From the IMG/VR virus record IMGVR_UViG_3300049893_001984, positions 64,001-128,000 of that record: a stretch of 64,000 bases of DNA; one strand, 5' to 3'. Below, in pieces: positions 8,494 through 18,657 of this stretch. Source of the stretch: a virus. The translations under genes and the position numbers were made by a program. Below the pieces are notes generated by a model. It saw nothing but the letters and a program-made list of their open reading frames with translations. It had not been told where the DNA came from and did not search any database. Every line of letters begins with the position of its first letter. Within the stretch, counting starts at the first letter, position 1.

Positions 8494-8508
8494 ATAAACT
8501 CCATTGCG

Positions 8509-9171
8509 TTACACCGAAGCAGCCGCCGTAGCTGCTGCCTCAGCCTCTGTGTCAGCTGTATCGTACGCACTCTGCACCAATGTGACCCTCGAAGCACACG
8601 CAGCAGCTGAAGCCTCGGCCGATGTAAGGCTAGAGAGGGCAACCGCCGCTGCATTCGTTTTATCTGTCAGATCGGCTTGAGCTGCAGCCAAATCGTCTTG
8701 TAGACCCGTGTTGTTGGGGTCTGCATCCAACGCTGCTTGAGCCGCTGCAACAGCAGCGGTAGCACTGACAACCTGCGCATCTGCAGCATCTTTACTCGCT
8801 TCAGCCGCTACGACCAAAGTATCTGCCGCGTCCTTTTCTGCTTGTGCTATTGTTAACCTGGCCTGAATTTGTGACGCCTTTTGGGCCGCCTGAGCTGCCC
8901 TGTGCCGGAATGTTGCTTTATCCAGGGCGGATGCTATATCCGTCGCCAGGTCAGGGTACTCCGGTACAAGCGCCAAGAGTTGAGTCCAGGACATGGACAA
9001 GCGTTCTAACGGTGTCTTCTTGACAATAGTCCCGTTTTCTGCAAACACGACTTCTCGCTCCCAATGAATCATGGGGACAAGATTAACTGTCGAAAAAACC
9101 GTAAATTGAGCAGTCCGCTCTGTCTTAGCATAAGTCGTGTTGACTGTTTCAGTCCCAATGCTAACAGCCAT
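8509..9171 (-). CDS. Hypothetical protein downstream of the tail fibre (possible fibre assembly protein) with an Ala-rich coiled coil
   Basis: 220 aa; beta-rich N-terminus and long Ala-rich helix; lies directly after the fibre gene. Confidence 0.6.
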   Translation of the reverse strand: MAVSIGTETVNTTYAKTERTAQFTVFSTVNLVPMIHWEREVVFAENGTIVKKTPLERLSMSWTQLLALVPEYPDLATDIASALDKATFRHRAAQAAQKASQIQARLTIAQAEKDAADTLVVAAEASKDAADAQVVSATAAVAAAQAALDADPNNTGLQDDLAAAQADLTDKTNAAAVALSSLTSAEASAAACASRVTLVQSAYDTADTEAEAAATAAASV

Positions 9172-9182
9172 GGTTCTCTCCT

Positions 9183-12100
9183 TTAACCAACTCTTTGAAC
9201 GGTAAGGGTCGTGTTACCGTCTGCGACCAGTGTACTGCCAGAATCCTGGCGAGCAACAAGTTCAAAGAAATCATTTGCAGCACAGTTTACAACCGCAGAA
9301 AAGCTGACGTACGTCGTTTGCGAGGCCGCAGTGTTAGCCTGGGTATCGCTTGCACATGGAACGACTGAATTGTTCCACAATATGTAGCCTCTTCTATTAC
9401 CCGTAGAATTTGTTCCGAATGATATAAATCCAATCACCAGGTAACGACCAGCGATCGGAACAGTAATCCTGGTGTTATTAGTGGTAGGATCGTGCATAGC
9501 ATGAGTGTCAAAATTCTCAGTCGCACTTGATCCAAACGCTATAGTGGTATCAGACCCGCTTGTTATGTTTACTGTGGTGGCGTTCAAGCGGCATTGACAG
9601 GCTACATCGCTGGTAACCAAGTCAACAACAGTACCACCATTCTCCGATACTCTAAACTTATTCGGAGTAGAATCGTAGTAAAGCTTGCCCTGTGAGGACG
9701 CTGAGCCATTCTTTCCGTTGGTGGCTATATTATCAAAATTCCATGCACCATACTTATCAATAGTAGCCCTTGTCGAACTGGAGTTGAATTCAGCTGTCTT
9801 AAACCGGATAGACCCTCCACTTACTGAAGAAGAGCCACCAACACCACTTTCGATAGATAAAACACCACCTACCCCGCTATTCCCAGCGGTTACACTGGCT
9901 GTTCCTCCGTTTCCAGCGCGCAGGAACAGGTCGCCACCAGCTCCAGCAGCTGCAGTGGTTGATCCGCCGCCAGTTCCTGCTTGCAATATAACTTGTCCGC
10001 CAAAACCTCCGGTGCCTCCAGCAGACGACGCAGCACCACCAGTTCCTGCTATAAAGCTAAAGCCGCCACCCGAGCCGCCAGCTCCCGTAGAAACAGCACC
10101 GCCTGTTCCGCTGTTTATTGTAACGTCATTACCTAAACCACCTGAACCTGTAGTGTTTGATCCGCCGCTACCACATATAAGGCTCAAAGCACCACCAGCT
10201 CCGCTTGTACCTCCAACAGTTGTTCCACCTGAACCGGTGGTCAAAGTGAGTGCTCCACCGGCTCCAGAGGTACCTGCTCCAGACGTGTTTCCCGCAGTGC
10301 CCGAAGTAATGTTTACAGCGCCGCCACTACCAGCAGTGCCGCTAGCCGTGCCGCCTCCAGCACCAGCGGTTAGGTAAGCTGCACCACCGTTGCCAGCATT
10401 GAAAGTAGAGGTTGCGGTAGAACCATTGCCAGCAATAAGCCTAGCTAATCCGCCTGTACCTGCACTGGCATTAGACCCAACAGTATTACCTCCGTTACCA
10501 GCCGTAATAACTGCCGCGCCGCCTTGATTACTGATTCCAGCACCAGAAGCGGCTCCAGCGTTTCCAGCTGTGATATTTATGGCTCCGCCCAGGCCACATG
10601 TTCCAGTTGTAGTGGATCCACCATTTCCGGAACGAAGTGTCAACGCGCCTCCAGCAGTAGCGGTTGCTCCGTCAGAAGTGCGCCAAACCGTGGTTGTGGG
10701 ATTTGTCGTTGTATTCCCGCCGCCTACAACAAAATCAGTGTAATATGCAAATCCTGTTGCTCCGATCATGACCTGTGCGGCAGCAGAAGTTGTAGAGCCA
10801 TAGCCAAGTGCGATAGACCCAGTATGGCCGCTGGCAATAGTGCAACTCTCGCCTATGCACACAGCTTCTGAAGTGCTGACGTTCAATGTATTGCCAACCA
10901 ACACATTGCGCTGCGCTATGGTGTCACCAATTCTTAAATCGTAACCAACAAGTGTATTAGTAGAATTATTCGACGTTCCCAAGTTAATGGTGTTACCAAT
11001 TACCGTATTGCCAGTACCACTAACAACCCCAGTCAGGACATGCGACTGGCCAATAAACGTATTAGCACCACCGGTCCCGCCCCAGCCTGGGACCACAAAG
11101 TACGCCTTTGACAGTGCATCAAGACTAGCCGTAGTGACAGTTAGGGTGCCCGGAAGACCGCCTCCAGATCCGGCCCCCATAATAATCTTTAATGCTCCAC
11201 CGGTTCGAGAAGAGAGCGATTGTGCTGCTCCAGTGGTGATGTTTACTGCACCGCCAGCCGCATTTCCGGAGCCTTGGGCTGAGCCTGCTCCAGCAGTGAT
11301 ATTGACTGCACCACCATCGCCTGCTCCATTTGGAGAAGAGCTGACGCCAGCAGAGGCGGTGACCGCAACCGCTGTCCCGGTAGCAGGGCCAGACGCAGCC
11401 GCGTTTGCAACAACGCCTGTTGCAGTGATTGTACCAGTGGTCGTCGCAGAAAGAGTAGCACCAGCACCAACAACCATTGCAGCAGTTGTGTTAGTTCCGC
11501 TAGTGAGTGCGCTAAATGCGGCTCCGCTGGATGGGGTAGCCCAAGTAGGCACACCACCAGAAACAGTCAAAACCTGGCCAGCAGTTCCAACTGCAAGTTT
11601 AGAAAAGGCTGTCGTGGTGCTAGCGTAAATAAGATCGCCCACTGCGTAGGAAGCGAAGCCAGTGCCGCCGTTGGTTGCTGCAAGTGTTCCTGTCACGCTG
11701 CTTGTATTGGACAGGGTTATGGCAGACCAAGAAGGTACGCCGCCAGAAACAACCAAAACCTGTCCAGCGGTGCCAATGGCTAGTTTGCTTAACGTATTAG
11801 TCGCCGAGCAGTAGAGCGTATCTCCTGTTGTAAACGTATTGAAGCTCGTTCCACCACTTGTTACCGGCAGCGCTGTTGTTAGCGCCAAACTGCCTACAGA
11901 AAGCGTTCCTGCACTAAACGTGAAGGTGGAACTGCTACCAAGGGTGGAATCACCTGTCCAATAAGCAACTCGAGTATTTACGCCTGTTCCCGCAGATGCC
12001 CCAGAAAAGCGAACCCAGGCGCCGCCTAGGTATCCCTCAATCCCTGGCGCACTTGAGTTGTACCGTATCATCCCATTAATAGGGGTTACAGGACTTGCAC

Positions 12101-13478
12101 TGTCCAGAAGCAAGGCCCGTGTAATTTGGACATAATCAGGGTGTGACCACTTGAGCGCCAAAGAAGGAGTCGGTTCTCCGTCGTAAAGCTCTCTTTCATA
12201 GAAGAAAACAGAGTCAGTGAGGATAGAAGAGCCATTACCAGCGGACGCTTTTCCATTCCCCTTTAAAGTAAAACGAGCCAACGAGTCCCCTGTGACGTAC
12301 GGAGCAAAAGCTACGTCTGTGGCTGCCGCCACCATAGGAACGAGTTGCCCGTCCGATTGTATGGTACATACATTACGGGTATTGGCGTAGCTGTATACGG
12401 CAAGGGCTCGACCACTGCCGTAGATATGCACATCGTCCCATATACTCAGATGATAGACAGCGTCCTTAGACCAAGCTATCTCCGTATAACCAGCGCCACC
12501 TGTCGTGGATTCAAGCGAAATTACCTGGTCGCCTTCTTTAGTCAGACCTATCTGCGCGGTTGACGAAACTCTACCGGTTGTGGCCCAGTCTAATACAGAA
12601 TTGCTACCAGGGTCCAGAAGCTGACGATTTTCCCAGGTCAAAGCGGAGTTGTTAGAAGTATCCTGTAAAGTACGACCAAAAAGGTCAATAGATCCTACGG
12701 GGGTGGCAGTGCCATCTCCGGCAGTTATCACTCCATCTGTTTGCACTATGACCCGATTGAACGAGTCTCCGGTCACAAAAGTTGCATAGGCAGGGTCGGT
12801 TGAAACACCTCTAGTTAGCAGCAAATAACTTGTAAAAGTCAGGTCGCTGCTTCCAGTTAAGGCCGACGCGCCTGACCAATAAGCAACTTGATTGGCTGCG
12901 CCAGATCCAGTGATTGAGCCACCAGTAGTAAACGAGACCCAGCTGGATCCGTTGTAACCCTCAAAATCAGAGCCTGTCCAGCGAATCTGACCAGCAGCAT
13001 CGGTAGCTGCGCTGGTCCCTATCTGAATTTTACTTGTGCTTGTATTTATGAGCCCAGGGGTTGTCCAATCCAAGGCAGTGCTGGCATCGCTAGCTTTAAG
13101 CTGCCGTGCTGTCCATTCCAAAGAGCTTACAGCACCTGAATCTTTGAGTAACCGGTTCTCCCAGTCAAAGGCGACGTTAGCACCTGAATCTGTAAGGGTT
13201 CTATCGTTTGTACCGGTTCCACCGTTGGCGACAGGCAGAATGCCAGTAAGACCGCTACCAATACTGGGAAGGTCACCAGTAACGAGGGCTCTCCACGTAG
13301 GGGCACCAGACGCTCCATTCGGGGAGGCAAAAACTCTGTTTGCTGCTTGTGATTGTGTGAGCCCACCGGGGGTCACGGCAAGCGTAGTTGACGCACCGTA
13401 AGTTTCAGCGGTAGTCGCTAGCTCAACTGTGCCCCTCTGCGTGGTAGTGGATTCTGTAACTTGTTTTCCGCTAATCAT
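9183..13478 (-). CDS. Long Gly/Thr/Ala-rich tail fibre / receptor-binding protein
   Basis: Likely start ATG 13478 (MISGKQV) behind a GGAAGGAG RBS, ~1431 aa. Fibre motifs LPVANGGTG; GDxxYxSxTxxxSKLAxGTAGQVLxVSGGVPxW x2; NQVAYW/TRVAYW; many GGAVNITAG-type repeats; C-terminal beta domain (NNTRITVPIAGRYLVIG). Confidence 0.85.
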   Translation of the reverse strand: MISGKQVTESTTTQRGTVELATTAETYGASTTLAVTPGGLTQSQAANRVFASPNGASGAPTWRALVTGDLPSIGSGLTGILPVANGGTGTNDRTLTDSGANVAFDWENRLLKDSGAVSSLEWTARQLKASDASTALDWTTPGLINTSTSKIQIGTSAATDAAGQIRWTGSDFEGYNGSSWVSFTTGGSITGSGAANQVAYWSGASALTGSSDLTFTSYLLLTRGVSTDPAYATFVTGDSFNRVIVQTDGVITAGDGTATPVGSIDLFGRTLQDTSNNSALTWENRQLLDPGSNSVLDWATTGRVSSTAQIGLTKEGDQVISLESTTGGAGYTEIAWSKDAVYHLSIWDDVHIYGSGRALAVYSYANTRNVCTIQSDGQLVPMVAAATDVAFAPYVTGDSLARFTLKGNGKASAGNGSSILTDSVFFYERELYDGEPTPSLALKWSHPDYVQITRALLLDSASPVTPINGMIRYNSSAPGIEGYLGGAWVRFSGASAGTGVNTRVAYWTGDSTLGSSSTFTFSAGTLSVGSLALTTALPVTSGGTSFNTFTTGDTLYCSATNTLSKLAIGTAGQVLVVSGGVPSWSAITLSNTSSVTGTLAATNGGTGFASYAVGDLIYASTTTAFSKLAVGTAGQVLTVSGGVPTWATPSSGAAFSALTSGTNTTAAMVVGAGATLSATTTGTITATGVVANAAASGPATGTAVAVTASAGVSSSPNGAGDGGAVNITAGAGSAQGSGNAAGGAVNITTGAAQSLSSRTGGALKIIMGAGSGGGLPGTLTVTTASLDALSKAYFVVPGWGGTGGANTFIGQSHVLTGVVSGTGNTVIGNTINLGTSNNSTNTLVGYDLRIGDTIAQRNVLVGNTLNVSTSEAVCIGESCTIASGHTGSIALGYGSTTSAAAQVMIGATGFAYYTDFVVGGGNTTTNPTTTVWRTSDGATATAGGALTLRSGNGGSTTTGTCGLGGAINITAGNAGAASGAGISNQGGAAVITAGNGGNTVGSNASAGTGGLARLIAGNGSTATSTFNAGNGGAAYLTAGAGGGTASGTAGSGGAVNITSGTAGNTSGAGTSGAGGALTLTTGSGGTTVGGTSGAGGALSLICGSGGSNTTGSGGLGNDVTINSGTGGAVSTGAGGSGGGFSFIAGTGGAASSAGGTGGFGGQVILQAGTGGGSTTAAAGAGGDLFLRAGNGGTASVTAGNSGVGGVLSIESGVGGSSSVSGGSIRFKTAEFNSSSTRATIDKYGAWNFDNIATNGKNGSASSQGKLYYDSTPNKFRVSENGGTVVDLVTSDVACQCRLNATTVNITSGSDTTIAFGSSATENFDTHAMHDPTTNNTRITVPIAGRYLVIGFISFGTNSTGNRRGYILWNNSVVPCASDTQANTAASQTTYVSFSAVVNCAANDFFELVARQDSGSTLVADGNTTLTVQRVG

Positions 13479-13503
13479 GAGTAGGGCGCTCCTTCCTTTT
13501 CCA

Positions 13504-13544
13504 TCACTAAACCAGCCCCGCACTGCGCGGGGCCGGTTTATAGT
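13504..13544. promoter_or_regulatory. Long imperfect GC-rich hairpin in the leader of the tail fibre gene
   Basis: cactaaaccagccccgc-actgc-gcggggccggtttatagtg; no clear U tract. Confidence 0.4.
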
Positions 13545-13567
13545 GAAGGTTACGGACTACTGCAATA

Positions 13568-14953
13568 TTACTGCAGGAGCGAGTTATACACGACATCGAT
13601 TTTATCGGTAGTAGCCAACTGGTAACCAGCCACCGAGCCGTTCCAACGTATTGTATCGCCAGACACAATGTCGTTGAACTGACGGGCCGTCGCAGTGTCG
13701 CCAGCGCCGATATATGCTTCTCCAGAGTTGTTTTCAGTGACATAAACCTTTACGCCGTTAACAAAAATACTTACACCGCTGTCAAGTGCTGGCGTCTTGG
13801 TCAACGTGGTTGCCGTAGCCTTGTCATTGTCAGTGGTGGTAGCAAGTGCCGTAAGGTTGGATTTGTCCTTGATCGGCTCAGCCGCGTATACACCAGCCGA
13901 GGTTACACCGATGGAGTTGTTTCTCGGCTTAACAGAGATATTGGTGGTGTTATCCTGGATACCATTGCCCGCAAGGGAGGTTGTGTCCAGCTTGAGCTCA
14001 CCAGAGCCGTTAAAGTCTATCAAGCTTTGAGTAGCATCAACCTTGATAAACAGCTCGTTGTTACCATCCTGGTCAATACCCTTGTTTTCATCGCAGATGT
14101 CGCCAAGCTTCGCCGCCGTAACCGCGTTGGCATTGATCTTGGCAGTCGTAATACCAAGGTCTTTGACCTGAACAGCATTCGTTGCTATTTCAACAGTAGA
14201 GTCGTCAACATTAACTTTGATACCGCTGGCAGTAAGACCGACAGCTCCGGATCCATCGCGCTTAACAATCACGCTATTAGGGCTAACCGTCAGCGAGTTG
14301 TCACCAGTAGCAAAGTCAATCGTGTTACCAGACTGTGTGAGACCGGCACCAGCAACAATCGCAGCTGCGCCAGTGAACTGCACCCACAGATCTGTACCTG
14401 CGCCATTGTCGTCGAAGACAAACCCGTTGTTCTCGTAGTAGCTGGCTTCACCAACCACAAGCAGGGCGTCACCATCAACAGGGCTATACAGCGTGGGGGT
14501 GTTGGACGAGCCGGAGAAGGTTGCAACCTTGGTCTCGTCCGTACCGTCAGTCAACGGGGAGAAAAGGGTGCCATCACCAACCACAACACGAGTATTAGCT
14601 GCAACAAACCCGCCAGACCCTGAAACGATCTTGAGCCAGGCTGTCCCGCTATACTCAACCAGGTCGCCAGCCACCACAGCGAGAGAGCCGGTAGTCAACG
14701 TGCCGCTGTCTGTGACAACGTAAGAATCGCCGCCAGCAGGGGTTAGTGCGTTTATCTGGGCAACCGTGCGGTTACCGAGATAGCTCCTAACCGCAACAGG
14801 AGACTTCCAGTTAAGGCCGACAATGGCGGCATCAACGTCGGCTTTACGAGCCGCATCGTTGGCGGCCGTAGGCGCGGCGAGGTTGGTGATTTTCTTGCTG
14901 TTAAGATTGAGGTCATCGCTAAAGCGAAGTTGTTTGCCTTCAATTCTGGGCAT
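13568..14953 (-). CDS. Virion structural (fibre/decoration-like) protein, paralog of 16613-18229
   Basis: MPRIEGKQL start; NLAAPTAANDAARKADVD; GLNWKSPVAV; two VTxAK repeats; conserved C-terminal domain VNGV...GDTIRWNGSVAGYQLATTDKIDVVY. Confidence 0.8.
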   Translation of the reverse strand: MPRIEGKQLRFSDDLNLNSKKITNLAAPTAANDAARKADVDAAIVGLNWKSPVAVRSYLGNRTVAQINALTPAGGDSYVVTDSGTLTTGSLAVVAGDLVEYSGTAWLKIVSGSGGFVAANTRVVVGDGTLFSPLTDGTDETKVATFSGSSNTPTLYSPVDGDALLVVGEASYYENNGFVFDDNGAGTDLWVQFTGAAAIVAGAGLTQSGNTIDFATGDNSLTVSPNSVIVKRDGSGAVGLTASGIKVNVDDSTVEIATNAVQVKDLGITTAKINANAVTAAKLGDICDENKGIDQDGNNELFIKVDATQSLIDFNGSGELKLDTTSLAGNGIQDNTTNISVKPRNNSIGVTSAGVYAAEPIKDKSNLTALATTTDNDKATATTLTKTPALDSGVSIFVNGVKVYVTENNSGEAYIGAGDTATARQFNDIVSGDTIRWNGSVAGYQLATTDKIDVVYNSLLQ

Positions 14954-14965
14954 GGGTTACTCTCC

Positions 14966-15913
14966 TTATACGGTCGCTTGCCTTACTAGATACGTTAAGT
15001 CTATGCTGTCAATAGAGTTGTCGAGGCCAAACCCGGCAACCACTCCATTAAAGTATAGCTTATCGTTGTGCTGTATTGCTGTTAGCGCACGTGCACTAAC
15101 GTTACTATCGCCTGTGAAATAAAATTCGCCGGTCTTGTCTCCATCACTCACGGCCATTGGCACGCCATTAAGATAAACGTCAATAGTTGAACTAGCAATA
15201 GGGAACCCCGAAACAACAATTCCAGTGTCCTGTTCATTCAAGGCTGGTACCGTGTTTGGAATCAGATCCCTATCTCCGAGATAAGACACCGGCAAATCCC
15301 CCATAGATGCAACAGTTGGTAACACAACTCCAGCAGAGTTAACAAGATATAGGAACGTAAACTTGTCAACAGCCTGTAATTCGTAACCCGCCACACTTCC
15401 ATTCCAATAAAGCTCATCGCCAATCGTTATGTTGCTTAAGTTAACAGCAGTTAAACCACCGTCGTTACTGAAGTAACAGGCGTTGCTTGTCCTTTCAGCC
15501 TCATTTTTAGCCATGCGCTGAACTGCCCCGTTAAGAACTACAGAGATAAAACTGTCATATTTTGGTTGCTCCAAGATCGGAGTTGCGCAAGCCAAATCAC
15601 CGTCTGCTGTCGTAGTAAGGGCATTCATATCCACATTAAGGATAGAAAATTTTGCGTCGGTTGCAGTTACGTTAGCCGTACCAATCGGAACTAGCCCTAT
15701 GAAGTGTTCAACCTCGACCAAGAGAGCATCCAGGTCTGCTTGCAACTGGGCTATTAAGGCTGGGCGCTGAGAAAGTGCGATCGTACTCTCAAGCACACCA
15801 GGTACAAATATTTCTTCGTTTGTTGCTAAAAACTTTCCGTTTGGAAGGATATAATGCAACCGGCGAGGAGCCCCTAGATTTTTAATTCTAGTGCGGAGTA
15901 AACCTATAGCCAT
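14966..15913 (-). CDS. Virion structural protein with two copies of the shared C-terminal domain, paralog of 16016-16597
   Basis: Two copies of LNG...YF(S/T)xD...GDxLY(W/F)NGxVAG(Y/F)xL...D. Confidence 0.8.
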   Translation of the reverse strand: MAIGLLRTRIKNLGAPRRLHYILPNGKFLATNEEIFVPGVLESTIALSQRPALIAQLQADLDALLVEVEHFIGLVPIGTANVTATDAKFSILNVDMNALTTTADGDLACATPILEQPKYDSFISVVLNGAVQRMAKNEAERTSNACYFSNDGGLTAVNLSNITIGDELYWNGSVAGYELQAVDKFTFLYLVNSAGVVLPTVASMGDLPVSYLGDRDLIPNTVPALNEQDTGIVVSGFPIASSTIDVYLNGVPMAVSDGDKTGEFYFTGDSNVSARALTAIQHNDKLYFNGVVAGFGLDNSIDSIDLTYLVRQATV

Positions 15914-16015
15914 ATGGCACCTCTTTCAGATACACACTAAAATAAACCGCTTGAGTGTTTGACATATAGTACTTACACTCTACACGAGTGGCGAATCAAA
16001 ACTGTGAGGTTTATT

Positions 16016-16597
16016 ATGGCCGGATCTTCAACCGTTATCACTAATATTTCTGGCGTAACCAGATACTTCGGGTGGTTTCCGCCTCACGGAAAGACCATTG
16101 AGAATGGTGCATCTCTGTCCACAAGAGGTGTTCTTGAAGCAGAATTGGCATCGCTTAAAACTGATGTTAAGTTGAAATCGTTTTTAAAAGACCTTCAAAA
16201 TGGGTTTATTGAGGTCAACTACAACCTTATCAACTCCGATGGGTCAGGTCAAGGCGGAACAGGTGTGCCAAGTGACGCTGTCGAGGTTATTCCGACCTCT
16301 GATAAAGACCTTGTACCGCTGACGACAGCAAACCTTAATTACGTATGGACTGGCCTTATAATTTCACAAACCCCTGCTGGTGACGGGTTTGTGGATGTAA
16401 AACTTAACGGAGTGTCTTACCCGTTGAGCGACGGTGACCGTTCAAAAGTGTTCTATTTTTCAAACGACAATGGGGCGACCGGCAGACCGATTCAAAACAT
16501 AACTGCCGGGGATAAGCTTTATGTGAATTGTATCATCTTGGGGTTTACGTTGGACCCCTTAGATAGGGTTGACTTCCTATACAACGTAACAGTCTAA
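16016..16597 (+). CDS. Virion structural protein, paralog of 14966-15913
   Basis: Likely start ATG 16016 after a GAGG RBS; N-terminal ITNISGVTRYFGWFPPHGK...GVLEAELA aligns with IKNLGAPRRLHYILPNGK...GVLESTIA; one copy of the shared domain. Confidence 0.8.
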   Translation: MAGSSTVITNISGVTRYFGWFPPHGKTIENGASLSTRGVLEAELASLKTDVKLKSFLKDLQNGFIEVNYNLINSDGSGQGGTGVPSDAVEVIPTSDKDLVPLTTANLNYVWTGLIISQTPAGDGFVDVKLNGVSYPLSDGDRSKVFYFSNDNGATGRPIQNITAGDKLYVNCIILGFTLDPLDRVDFLYNVTV

Positions 16598-16612
16598 TAA
16601 AAGGAGCCGCCT

Positions 16613-18229
16613 ATGGCCTCACTAATTCGTGGTAAACAGATATCGACCGGTTCAAACGGCATTAAGGCCGTTAATGTTGATACGTCGGAAATTCCTACAC
16701 TCGCAGCGAACAACACGTTCACTGGGACAAACATCTTTAACACAGCAGCTGTCACGGTTAGCGGAACCGCTACATTGACAGTTCCAACGCCTACGTCTGG
16801 TGGGCACGCTGTCAACAAAACGTATCTGGATCAGCGCCTCAATGGGTTGGACTGGAAAGAGTCGGTGCGCGTTGCAACGACCGCTAATGTTGACCTCTCT
16901 AGCATGCCAGCGATCGTTGACGGCGTAACACTGGCTAGCGGCAACAGATTCCTGGCCAAAGACCAGACGACTGCCTCTGAAAATGGTATCTATATTTTCA
17001 ATGGCAACGGATCGGCGGCTACCCGTGCTACAGATGCGGACGAGAACGCAGAGGTAACTGCCAACCTTGCTGTTATGGCATCGGAAGGTACGGCTAACGG
17101 CGATATCGGGTTTACGCTGACGACAAATGATCCAATTGTGGTCGGCACTACTGCGCTTACGTTTGTGCAGTTTAGCTCCATGGCTAACGTCACGGCTGGC
17201 GACGGTTTGTCTCGTACAGGCAACGAGCTGGACGTGGTGACTGACGACGCCACGTTGACAATTAACGGTGGTGTTACGTCCGGTGGTGCGGTGAAGATTA
17301 AGGACCTTGGTGTTGGCACTACACAGCTGGCTGCGAACGCTGTGACTACGGCCAAAATCCTGGACTCTAATGTCACCTCTGCCAAACTTGCCACGGATGC
17401 AGTCATAACGATTAAGATCGCTGACAATAACGTAACTACGGCAAAAATTGCCGATGCGAATGTCACGGATGTTAAGCTGGCTACCGACTCTGTGACTACG
17501 GCAAAAATTGCCGCCCTTAACGTGACGGCAGCTAAACTGGCCGTAGATTCAGTCACTACGACCAAGATCGCAGACCTCAACGTAACCACGGCCAAGATCA
17601 ATGATGATGCAGTTACAACGGTCAAGATTCTTGACTCGAATGTGACGGCAAACAAGCTTGCCGCTGACTCAGTTACGACGGCCAAGATTCTTGATTCAAA
17701 TGTAACTGCAAACAAACTGGCCACTGACTCTGTAACTACTGCGAAGATTGTTGATCTAAACGTCACTACGTTAAAGATCAATGATGCGGCAGTTACGCCA
17801 GCTAAGCTGGCCACTTCTGTTGCGGGTAACGGGCTTACTGGCGGAGGTGGCTCTGCGCTCTCAGTCGTTGCAAACGGAGACTCTATCAGCGTTTCCGGGT
17901 CTGGTGTTAAGGCCGCTGTGTTTAACACTGGTAACAGAAACATGACTGCCTCTGTTACAACGGCGGATAACCAGGTGGCTTGCGCTACGACGCTGGCGGT
18001 CACGCCTGCGGGTGACGGTGGTATCAATGTGTACGTTAACGGACTTCTGTATGAAGTTGGTAACGGAGTTAAGACCAAAGACTGTTACTTCTCTGACGAT
18101 GGTGGTACAAACGCGAAGTCATATGCACTCGCTGCTTCCGGTGATACACTGTACTGGGTTGGGTCAGTTGCTGGTTTCCAATTGGATGCAACAGACCGCA
18201 TTACCTTCGAACACGCTGCCATTGTCTAA
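16613..18229 (+). CDS. Virion fibre/decoration-like protein with a 10-residue tandem repeat, paralog of 13568-14953
   Basis: AAGGAG RBS; MASLIRGKQI; LNGLDWKESVRVATTAN...RFLAKDQTTASENGIY...RATDAD phage structural motif; 16 VTxxK repeats; shared C-terminal domain. Confidence 0.85.
   Translation: MASLIRGKQISTGSNGIKAVNVDTSEIPTLAANNTFTGTNIFNTAAVTVSGTATLTVPTPTSGGHAVNKTYLDQRLNGLDWKESVRVATTANVDLSSMPAIVDGVTLASGNRFLAKDQTTASENGIYIFNGNGSAATRATDADENAEVTANLAVMASEGTANGDIGFTLTTNDPIVVGTTALTFVQFSSMANVTAGDGLSRTGNELDVVTDDATLTINGGVTSGGAVKIKDLGVGTTQLAANAVTTAKILDSNVTSAKLATDAVITIKIADNNVTTAKIADANVTDVKLATDSVTTAKIAALNVTAAKLAVDSVTTTKIADLNVTTAKINDDAVTTVKILDSNVTANKLAADSVTTAKILDSNVTANKLATDSVTTAKIVDLNVTTLKINDAAVTPAKLATSVAGNGLTGGGGSALSVVANGDSISVSGSGVKAAVFNTGNRNMTASVTTADNQVACATTLAVTPAGDGGINVYVNGLLYEVGNGVKTKDCYFSDDGGTNAKSYALAASGDTLYWVGSVAGFQLDATDRITFEHAAIV
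17329..17818 (+). repeat. Protein-level tandem repeat, ~16 x 30 bp (VTTAKI/LxDxN-type decamer)
   Basis: VTTAK, VTSAK, VITIK, VTTAK, VTDVK ... VTPAK at 10-aa spacing; synonymous sites have diverged. Confidence 0.9.
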
Positions 18230-18240
18230 AGGAGTTAACC

Positions 18241-18657
18241 GTGGCCCAGAAGATGAGGAGCAAACAAGCGGTTCGGTCGGAATTTTCGACCGACCCGCTT
18301 ACGGCGTCATCCGACTCAAGTGAGGGTATCGCTAGTACCACTTATGTAGCCAAGACTACGCCGTGCACCCTCACCCTACCTGCTGTAACTGGCACATACG
18401 TGGTTACGCTACACACAGAGTTTTCGAACTCTTCAGCTAATCGTGATGTAGCAGCTGCTATTTACGATATAGGAGCCAGCACTGCTCTAGCTGAGGGTCA
18501 AGCTAGGCCAACAAGCGTAGGTTCACTTTACACCGTTAACGCTATTGCCTTTGTAGCGTTAACAGGAACCTCTAAGTCAATAGGCGTGTACCTTAAAACA
18601 GCGAATGGAACTTTGACCGCTAAAAATGCAAGGCTATGCGCCTGGAGGATTTCATAA
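18241..18657 (+). CDS. Small beta-rich virion-associated protein
   Basis: GTG start behind AAGGAG; TLTLPAVTGTYVV beta-sandwich-like pattern; stop overlaps the next ATG (TAATG). Confidence 0.7.
   Translation: MAQKMRSKQAVRSEFSTDPLTASSDSSEGIASTTYVAKTTPCTLTLPAVTGTYVVTLHTEFSNSSANRDVAAAIYDIGASTALAEGQARPTSVGSLYTVNAIAFVALTGTSKSIGVYLKTANGTLTAKNARLCAWRIS

Noticed and set aside
9183-9700. Diversity-generating retroelement target at the fibre C-terminus
   Set aside because: No template repeat differing at adenines and no reverse transcriptase in the window.
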